The position numbers and the translations under genes are program-made. From Erysipelotrichaceae bacterium (GTDB taxonomy: Bacteria; Bacillota_I; Bacilli_A; Erysipelotrichales; Erysipelotrichaceae), in assembly GCA_963663995.1 (NCBI GenBank), contig OY760660.1:1890001-1922000 (forward strand): DNA of 32,000 bases, read 5' to 3'. Positions 19,890 through 25,873 of this stretch are shown one piece after another; position 1 is the stretch's first letter; every line of letters starts with the position of its first letter. Below the pieces are notes generated by a model. That model was given only the letters and a program-made list of their open reading frames with translations. It was not told the origin of the DNA and searched no databases.

Positions 19890-19915
19890 TGGAGTAGTAA
19901 AGTAAAAGTAGACAC
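19890..19915. repeat. IS left terminal inverted repeat
   Basis: TGGAGTAGTAAAGTAAAAGTAGACAC compared with the reverse complement of the right end, TGCAGTTGTAAAGGATTTGTAGACAT. Confidence 0.6.
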
Positions 19916-19980
19916 AAGAAAAAAGAAATTTCTTGATTAAAGTCTACTTTTTTCTTATACCTAAATAAAAGGAGGAAACT

Positions 19981-20373
19981 ATGGGAAGACCAAAAGGAAG
20001 CACAGGAAAAAAATTACATAAATGGACAGTTGAAGAAAAATTAGAGATCGTTAATAAACATTTAATAGATCACATGAGTTATGAGCAAATTAAGATTAAC
20101 TATCAAGTTGGTTTAGCACAAATACATAACTGGGTAAAACAATATCACGAGAACGGAGAAGAAGGACTTCTCCCAAAAGAAAATAAACGTAATATAATGG
20201 CTCATCTATATCGAAAGAAAAACCTAAACAAACTTGAGAAATTAGAACTTGAGAACTTCAAATTAAAACTAGAAGTTGAACGATTAAAAAAAGGTTACAC
20301 AGTGAAAGGAGTTGGTTCAAACAAGGAATACGTTCCTACATCCAAGACGAATATCAAATCATCAAAGAATTAA
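19981..20373 (+). CDS. IS3-family transposase OrfA (HTH + leucine-zipper region)
   Basis: 130 aa. N-terminal HTH (WTVEEKLEIV...GLAQIHNWVKQY) and a heptad-Leu region (LEKLELENFKLKLEVERLKK). The slippery run lies near the 3' part. Confidence 0.85.
   Translation: MGRPKGSTGKKLHKWTVEEKLEIVNKHLIDHMSYEQIKINYQVGLAQIHNWVKQYHENGEEGLLPKENKRNIMAHLYRKKNLNKLEKLELENFKLKLEVERLKKGYTVKGVGSNKEYVPTSKTNIKSSKN
20286..20293 (+). promoter_or_regulatory. programmed -1 ribosomal frameshift site (A AAA AAA G)
   Basis: The run of seven A then G is read in the orfA frame as TTA AAA AAA GGT. Frame -1 is open from here to 21227 and encodes the DDE domain. Confidence 0.7.
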
Positions 20374-21227
20374 GTAATGAGTATTCAGTTGGATTTTTAT
20401 GTGGAGTATTAGATGTCAGTCGTAGTGGTTATTATAAATGGTTAAAACGTTTAGACACACTCAATCGGCATGAACAGAATAGAGAAGATCTTATTAAACT
20501 TATCGAAGAGATACATACAGAACATCCATCATACGGTTATCACGATATAACGGCAGTCATCACTACGCGTACAGGTTGGAAATTATCTGCATTAACGGTA
20601 CATAAAGCCTGTAAAGCGATTGGCGTTAAATCAGAAACTAAGCATTACAAGTGGAAGAAACCAGGAGAAGAACACGTCACTTATAAGAACGTCGTTTCAG
20701 GAAACTGGGAGGTATCTCGACCCTTAGAAATCGTGACGAGCGATATGACTGTACTCACCCATAGAGGAAAACAATATGAGTGGACATTCATCGTTGATGT
20801 GTTCAATAACTCCATCATCGCATCATCACTTAGTTCAAGACGAAATGATAATTCTACCTATTACCATTGTCTTGATCAACTCATTCACATCATCAAAAAA
20901 GAAGAATATTCCGAACCCATCATTTTCCACAGTGACCAAGGTGCAGTTTATTCTTCAAAAGGCTTCCAAGAAGCTCACAAAAATTATAACATTATTCGAT
21001 CTATGTCGCGCGTAGGCACACCAACTGATAACGCAGTTATAGAATCACTTAATGGTTGGATCAAAGCTGAAATAAAATGTGATTATAATCTTAAAGAATG
21101 GGATTCACTTGAAACTTTCATTGATCAATACATAGAGTTCTTTAATAATGAAAGACCAGCTTACAAACTCCAATATAAAACCCCTAACCAATTCTTAATT
21201 GATCAAGGGTTCACTGTTTTTTATTAA
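20292..21227 (+). CDS. IS3-family transposase OrfB part (DDE integrase-like catalytic domain; expressed as OrfAB fusion)
   Basis: My manual translation of frame 3 is open from 20283 onward: ...RLHSERSWFKQGIRSYIQDEYQIIKELSNEYSVGFLCGVLDVSRSGYYKWLKR... It then continues into the tracked ORF. DDE triad candidates are TSDMT, HSDQG and ESLNGW. Confidence 0.85.
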   Translation, partial: RLHSERSWFKQGIRSYIQDEYQIIKELSNEYSVGFLCGVLDVSRSGYYKWLKRLDTLNRHEQNREDLIKLIEEIHTEHPSYGYHDITAVITTRTGWKLSALTVHKACKAIGVKSETKHYKWKKPGEEHVTYKNVVSGNWEVSRPLEIVTSDMTVLTHRGKQYEWTFIVDVFNNSIIASSLSSRRNDNSTYYHCLDQLIHIIKKEEYSEPIIFHSDQGAVYSSKGFQEAHKNYNIIRSMSRVGTPTDNAVIESLNGWIKAEIKCDYNLKEWDSLETFIDQYIEFFNNERPAYKLQYKTPNQFLIDQGFTVFY

Positions 21228-21253
21228 ATGTCTACAAATCCTTTACAACTGCA
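21228..21253. repeat. IS right terminal inverted repeat
   Basis: ATGTCTACAAATCCTTTACAACTGCA, ending in CA; see the left IR. Confidence 0.6.
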
Positions 21254-21272
21254 AGAAATCTCCTTTTATATG

Positions 21273-22316
21273 TTATTTGAATAATTCAGGATCGAAGGCG
21301 TGACGGACAGCTTCTTCTTTACTAATAATATTTGATTCAAGTAATTTCCTTAAACTTTCGTCCATCGTGATCATGCCATCATCTTTGGAAACTCGGATGG
21401 TCGCATTTAATTGATGTGTTTTACCTTCACGTATTTGATTACGTATGGCGGTGTTGTTGACCATTACTTCAAAGGCAGGGTGAATTTGTTGATCAAGAGT
21501 TGGGACGAGTTGTTGTGATATAACAGTTTGAAGAACCATTGCTAGTTGGATTCGAACTTGGTGTTGTTGTTCAGATGGGAAGACATCAACGATTCGATCA
21601 ATGGTATTACTTGCCCCTAATGTATGAAGAGTTGAGAAAACTAAGTGGCCAGTTTCTGCGGCCGTTAGGGCTAAAGAAATTGTTTCTAAATCACGCATTT
21701 CTCCAACAAATAATACGTCTGGAGATTGTCTTAATGCAGATCTTAAAGCGATGGCTGTGCTTTCACAGTCTGTTCCAATTTCTCTTTGTGTGACAACTGA
21801 TTGATTATGTTTAAATAAGAATTCAATCGGATCATCAATCGTAATAATATGACCTTTTCTTGATTTATTGATTTCAGTTAGAAGCATAGCCATTGTTGTC
21901 GATTTACCACAACCTGCTGGACCACTAACAATCACTAAACCTTTGCTTAATTTCGCAAAACGCATAACATTTTCAGGTACATGCATAATACTAGGCTCAG
22001 GAATATCGAAACGCACAATTCTTAGAACAGCTGCTAAACTCGAACGTTGTGTATAAACATTCGCTCTAAATCTTGCGACATGAGGTATAGAGAATGAAAA
22101 GTCATCATCTCCATTTGTATTCACTTTATCCATAGAACGATTAGCTACTTGATAAATTGTCTTAATCAATTCATAGGTATCATCTGGCATTAAGCGAGCA
22201 CCATCTAATTGTTTGAGCTCGTTTTTTATTTTTAAAGCTAAACTAGTACCAGCAACAATAAAAAGATCGGATGCTCCCAGCAACATAGCTTTTTCAATTA
22301 GTTCATTTAAATTCAT
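21273..22316 (-). CDS. pilT: PilT-family type IV filament ATPase (retraction-class hexameric ATPase)
   Basis: 347 aa, collinear with PilT. GASDLFIVAG, Walker A GPAGCGKST, DDPIEF, GEMRDLETISLALTAAETGHLVFSTLHT and a PilT-type AIRNQIRE motif. It lacks the long N-terminal domains of PilB/GspE. Confidence 0.9.
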   Translation of the reverse strand: MNLNELIEKAMLLGASDLFIVAGTSLALKIKNELKQLDGARLMPDDTYELIKTIYQVANRSMDKVNTNGDDDFSFSIPHVARFRANVYTQRSSLAAVLRIVRFDIPEPSIMHVPENVMRFAKLSKGLVIVSGPAGCGKSTTMAMLLTEINKSRKGHIITIDDPIEFLFKHNQSVVTQREIGTDCESTAIALRSALRQSPDVLFVGEMRDLETISLALTAAETGHLVFSTLHTLGASNTIDRIVDVFPSEQQHQVRIQLAMVLQTVISQQLVPTLDQQIHPAFEVMVNNTAIRNQIREGKTHQLNATIRVSKDDGMITMDESLRKLLESNIISKEEAVRHAFDPELFK

Positions 22317-22759
22317 TATTGACCTCCATATACAGGATCACCATTGAGTGAATAATCTTGAGTATTTATAATACTTAAACGTTTTGATTCCAAAATTAAA
22401 TTTTTATTTTCATGATTAATATCTAATATTACTTTTACCATTTGTGTTTCACTGACAGTCTCGATTGTGATTACATCTTCTTCTTTATCGTAATTCACCA
22501 TCTCTAAATTGTCTATCTTCATTAAGAATTCTTCAAAACTTGACTGTGATTGATAGATTTTATTAACTTCAGCGATTTGCAGATCAGTCTCTTTTTCAAT
22601 CATATATGAATCAGCTACAAAATCCATACTTTTCAAAATGCTGTTATGTGTTTGTCTAACATCGACAAGTAAGACAGATACAACGGAATAAACTAAGATT
22701 AAAATTAGAATAGAGAGTAAGGTTGGTAATCCAAAAGGATTAAATCCACGTTTCTTCAT
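22316..22759 (-). CDS. small bitopic protein, ComGG/minor-pseudopilin-like N-terminus (KKRGFNPFG...)
   Basis: Start set at ATG 22759 (ATGA overlap with the upstream stop). MKKRGFNPFGLPTLLSILILILVY has a basic-Gly-Phe junction followed by a hydrophobic helix but no Glu at +5. The stop overlaps the pilT start (TAATG). Confidence 0.5.
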   Translation of the reverse strand: MKKRGFNPFGLPTLLSILILILVYSVVSVLLVDVRQTHNSILKSMDFVADSYMIEKETDLQIAEVNKIYQSQSSFEEFLMKIDNLEMVNYDKEEDVITIETVSETQMVKVILDINHENKNLILESKRLSIINTQDYSLNGDPVYGGQ

Positions 22760-23118
22760 CGTGACACCCCCACATCCCATGATGTGATCACTTGACCCTC
22801 ATCATCTTTTAGGCTAATACTAATCCAATTGAAATCATTGGTATTTTCTTTATTAAGATAAATGGTATAGATAGGATTTTGATTTGTTCTATTACCACTA
22901 ACATCAAACATAATCGGAACTAATGAACTTTCAGTATTAAGTGTCTCTGATATATTCATCATCTCTGCTTGAATTTTAGATAAAGCCAAATTTTCCTGAT
23001 GTGTTTTATTAGCCAGTAAAAGAAGATAAAATGCAAGGAACAAACCAAAACTTAAAAAGATAACATTCAATATAATCTCTAACATAAAGTTCTTTTGAGG
23101 TTTATTCATATGATTCAC
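22756..23118 (-). CDS. small bitopic protein (120 aa) with an atypical N-terminal ...KNFMLEIILNVIF... helix
   Basis: One N-terminal TM helix, with FMLE reminiscent of but not matching G/FTLxE. Translationally coupled on both sides. The start could be ATG 23109. Confidence 0.5.
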   Translation of the reverse strand: MNHMNKPQKNFMLEIILNVIFLSFGLFLAFYLLLLANKTHQENLALSKIQAEMMNISETLNTESSLVPIMFDVSGNRTNQNPIYTIYLNKENTNDFNWISISLKDDEGQVITSWDVGVSR

Positions 23119-23542
23119 CAGCTTGTACTCGATAATTCAATGTGATGACTTCATTTGCTTCATTAATGTAAGTTATTGTTACTAATTGATTGTCTATTTC
23201 AACTTTAAAATCTTGAACAAAAGCGAGCTCTTCACCATTTCCATAGCGAACAGGATCAATCGAAACTTGTTCCATCAATGATTGATTTTCTTCATAGACT
23301 AAAAGGTAGTAACCATTTAGATCAAAAATTAAGGTTGAATCTTTAACTGACAGTGAGTCTAAAATATCATTTTGTTTGAATCGATTATTAAAATATAATC
23401 GAATACTTCGATCATTTAACTCAATGTCACTTTGAGCTTGAATTTCTTGTGTTAAAGAAGCACCAAAACTAATCAGTAAAGTCGAGGCAAGAACAAGAAC
23501 TAAAATCATCAAAAGGGATAAGGCTGTACTATTTTTTTTCAT
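23102..23542 (-). CDS. small bitopic protein (146 aa), possible minor pseudopilin/assembly factor
   Basis: N-terminal MKKNSTALSLLMILVLVLASTLL helix and a beta-rich C-terminal part. Its size matches ComGD-class proteins, but there is no canonical prepilin motif. It shares a 1-nt overlap (TAATG) with the upstream gene. Confidence 0.5.
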   Translation of the reverse strand: MKKNSTALSLLMILVLVLASTLLISFGASLTQEIQAQSDIELNDRSIRLYFNNRFKQNDILDSLSVKDSTLIFDLNGYYLLVYEENQSLMEQVSIDPVRYGNGEELAFVQDFKVEIDNQLVTITYINEANEVITLNYRVQAGESYE

Positions 23543-23832
23543 TAGTTTTCCCCTCCCAAACGATAGATGTGGATAGTAGGTCTAAGGTTAGAAGCAAAAA
23601 CTTTATAGGTCACAACAAACTTATCATCGACAACTACACCATAATAATTGATTAAATATTCAAGTTGAGCAGGGTAAAAACCTTCTTGTGCATAACAAAG
23701 CGTTAGCGCATTTTGTATCGCTTTTTCTAAACTTTGTTGATTAAGGGCAACTTGATCATTTTCCATTCTACTGATTAGCAGAAAGCTAAGAAGACAAGCA
23801 GCGATAAAAGTTGTTACTGAAGCTTTTTTCAT
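23542..23832 (-). CDS. small pilin-like protein (96 aa) lacking the canonical prepilin cleavage motif
   Basis: An N-terminal hydrophobic helix continues into an amphipathic helix, followed by ...YAQEGFYPAQLEYLINYYGV..., which resembles the alpha-beta loop region of ComGC/major pilins (EGxxPxxLxxLxxxGY). There is no G-F-T-L-x-E. Confidence 0.45.
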   Translation of the reverse strand: MKKASVTTFIAACLLSFLLISRMENDQVALNQQSLEKAIQNALTLCYAQEGFYPAQLEYLINYYGVVVDDKFVVTYKVFASNLRPTIHIYRLGGEN

Positions 23833-23835
23833 TTT

Positions 23836-24858
23836 TTATCCTAAGGTAGACATCACATTTAATAAGGGTAAAATCATTGAGAACACAATCGCAAAAACCA
23901 TTGCAGTCAAACTAGTGATTAACCAAGGTTCAATTCTATTTAAGCTAGAGTTTAATTGATTTTGTGCTCTTTGATTAAGTAAATAAGATAAATCATCAAG
24001 AGCATTTTCAAGTTGTCCAGCTTTTGCGGCAATGTTTAACGTACTTAAATCTATTGATTCATAAAGGGTATTGTTTAACAAGAGTTCATATAAACCTTCA
24101 GAAGGATCAAGTTTAGCTTTAGCTTTGTTGAGTTTTTCTTCAAATTTAACACTTGTATCATTCGCTTTGACCATACTAAGTGCACTTCGATTATCAATAC
24201 CGCCAGATAAAGCTATATACGCCATTGATGTATAATAAGCAACTTGTGAAGTTTCATATGCTTTTGGGAATAATCTTAATAATCGAGTATCCCAAGAAGG
24301 TTGACTTTCTGGTTTTTTTTGATGTTTGATTTCTCCTAGGATAAACCAAAGAGCGATTAAAGCATAGCTAGTCATTAAAGCTATACTAAAGCCTTTTAAA
24401 GCATATAAGAAAGCACGTAAGCTTGCACTTTGAGCGATACCAAGTTGAGTAAAGAGATTTTGAAATATTGGTAGAATGGTGAAAGACATTAAAGTTAAAA
24501 TTATCCCAAAGATCGCTAATAAAATTAATGGCAGGCTCAAGATTTCTTTTAAGAACTGTTGAAGTTCAGATTGACGAGTAAAATGTTTCGCCATTTGTTT
24601 AAAGAGTTTTTCTTCCTGTCCTACTTTTTCAGCAATTACTAATGCATCAATGAAATAGTGTGGGAAAGCAGCATCTTGTTTGAAAACATAACTAAGACTT
24701 GGATTTTCACTAAAATGTGTTTGCCAAGATTTATAGTCATAGATTTCACTTTTTTCAAGTAAACTTAAGCCTTTATCTAGACTAGTACCTGAAGCATACA
24801 AATAACTAAGTTGTTGACATAAAGAGGCAAGTTCTTGTGCAGTATATTGTTTTCTCAT
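23836..24858 (-). CDS. GspF/PilC/ComGB-family type IV filament platform protein
   Basis: 340 aa with two T2SSF-like repeats (cytoplasmic helical bundle then TM). N-terminus ELASLCQQLSYLYASGTSLDKGLSLL; C-terminal TM ILPLLNVMSTLG. The size is ComGB-like. Confidence 0.8.
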   Translation of the reverse strand: MRKQYTAQELASLCQQLSYLYASGTSLDKGLSLLEKSEIYDYKSWQTHFSENPSLSYVFKQDAAFPHYFIDALVIAEKVGQEEKLFKQMAKHFTRQSELQQFLKEILSLPLILLAIFGIILTLMSFTILPIFQNLFTQLGIAQSASLRAFLYALKGFSIALMTSYALIALWFILGEIKHQKKPESQPSWDTRLLRLFPKAYETSQVAYYTSMAYIALSGGIDNRSALSMVKANDTSVKFEEKLNKAKAKLDPSEGLYELLLNNTLYESIDLSTLNIAAKAGQLENALDDLSYLLNQRAQNQLNSSLNRIEPWLITSLTAMVFAIVFSMILPLLNVMSTLG

Positions 24859-24866
24859 AAATCTCC

Positions 24867-25805
24867 TTAATAACGATCTTGGTCTTGATATGACCCATCA
24901 TATTCGCCCATTGAATCAAAAGTTGGATCAACTCTTTTCCATTCATCACTTGCAAAATAAATACTTGGATTTATCCATCCTTGATCATCTAAATAAACTT
25001 CAACCCATGCATGATAACCAACATCCGTCATACCCGTGATAATTCGAGTTGGTATATGTTGTGCTCTAAGCATAGCCGTCATTAATGCAGCATAATCAAA
25101 ACAAATTCCTTTTTGTTGGATATATGTTTCGTCAATGATAGGAAGAATGAATGTTGACTTGGCTACTTCAGCTTTATCGTAATCATAAGTTATATTTTCA
25201 GTGATATAAGTGTATATTTCATAGACTCTTAATAAATCACTATTAGCGTCCTGCGTTAAATTGAATGATTCTAATACAGCTTTTGTATTCGCATCATAGT
25301 CAACCATTTGATTGGGATAAATGTAAGGACTATTTTCATCTTCTAAGTTAACAGTGATATTGGTAGAGGCAAGAATGCTGTAACTTGTACCTTCAATGTT
25401 TTTAAGCGCTCGAATGGTATAGTCGCCATTGCCCAAATGCATAGGAACAATCACATATTCATTCGCATGAAGATCATAAGTATAAGTTTGGTCATTTAGA
25501 ATAACTTGAACTTTTTGTTTGGAAGTACTATCACTCGTTTTGATACTAACATATCCAAAATTCGCATTTGAATAATCAATGCTTATCCCGTTGTTTTCAA
25601 AAAGGGAAGTTCCAGGTTGAGTAGGTAAAAGTAAGTCAGAAAGTTTATACGCTTCAGAGGGTGTTCCCTCTTCTGGATAAGCGCTTGTACTTGCTTGACT
25701 TGGACTTGTTCTTTCTTGAATTGTAGCAGGCTTATCACTACTGCATGCACTTAAGAAAATAACAATGCAGAATAGAATAAGTATATGGCTTATGGGTTTA
25801 TTCAT
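24867..25805 (-). CDS. transglutaminase-like (Cys-His-Asp core) lipoprotein
   Basis: Lipobox FLSAC. The C-terminal core GICFDYAALMTAMLRAQHIPTRIITG...GYHAWVEVYLDDQGWINP...VDPT matches the transglutaminase-core/cysteine-protease fold. Confidence 0.85.
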   Translation of the reverse strand: MNKPISHILILFCIVIFLSACSSDKPATIQERTSPSQASTSAYPEEGTPSEAYKLSDLLLPTQPGTSLFENNGISIDYSNANFGYVSIKTSDSTSKQKVQVILNDQTYTYDLHANEYVIVPMHLGNGDYTIRALKNIEGTSYSILASTNITVNLEDENSPYIYPNQMVDYDANTKAVLESFNLTQDANSDLLRVYEIYTYITENITYDYDKAEVAKSTFILPIIDETYIQQKGICFDYAALMTAMLRAQHIPTRIITGMTDVGYHAWVEVYLDDQGWINPSIYFASDEWKRVDPTFDSMGEYDGSYQDQDRY

Positions 25806-25828
25806 TTTTACCTTTATTTCTTTATTTA

Positions 25829-25837
25829 ATTATAGCA
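25829..25837 (-). promoter_or_regulatory. extended -10 promoter element TGCTATAAT upstream of the transglutaminase/filament genes
   Basis: The minus strand reads a perfect TGnTATAAT about 24 nt upstream of ATG 25805, directly downstream of the adhesin terminator. Confidence 0.45.
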
Positions 25838-25840
25838 CTG

Positions 25841-25867
25841 AAAAAAAAGAGCCTAAGCGGCTCTTTT
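25841..25867 (-). terminator. rho-independent terminator after the adhesin gene
   Basis: Minus strand reads AAAGAGCC-GCTTA-GGCTCTTT followed by a T run, starting a few nt after TAA 25874-25876. Confidence 0.8.
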
Positions 25868-25873
25868 AACACA

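Larger units (their letters stand above)
19890..21253 (+). mobile_element. IS3-family insertion sequence (IS150-like organisation), apparently intact
   Basis: 1364 bp. It starts TG and ends CA with imperfect 26-bp terminal inverted repeats (19/26 by my alignment). orfA and orfB are in 0/-1 frames with an A7G slippery run. It is flanked by AGAAAT on both sides. Confidence 0.85.

Noticed and set aside
2671-22056. Other short antisense or alternate-frame ORFs: 2671-2859, 5419-5646, 6016-6213, 6039-6233, 8572-8760, 9536-9808, 10727-10912, 16829-17053, 20776-21015, 21539-21793, 21868-22056
   Set aside because: Each lies wholly inside, or largely overlaps, a well-supported gene on the other strand or in another frame. 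Their translations are low-complexity and no independent signals were seen.
22760-22780. Extension MGCGGVT at the start of the 154-aa ORF
   Set aside because: ATG 22759 forms an ATGA overlap with the upstream stop, as in the rest of the operon, and gives a typical MKKRGF N-terminus.
23531-24320. Homopolymeric A8/T8 tracts inside coding regions (23532-23539, 24305-24312) as phase-variation switches
   Set aside because: Runs of 8 A/T are expected by chance in a genome this AT-rich (Lys AAA codons). Both genes are in frame, and there is no evidence of variation from a single sequence.
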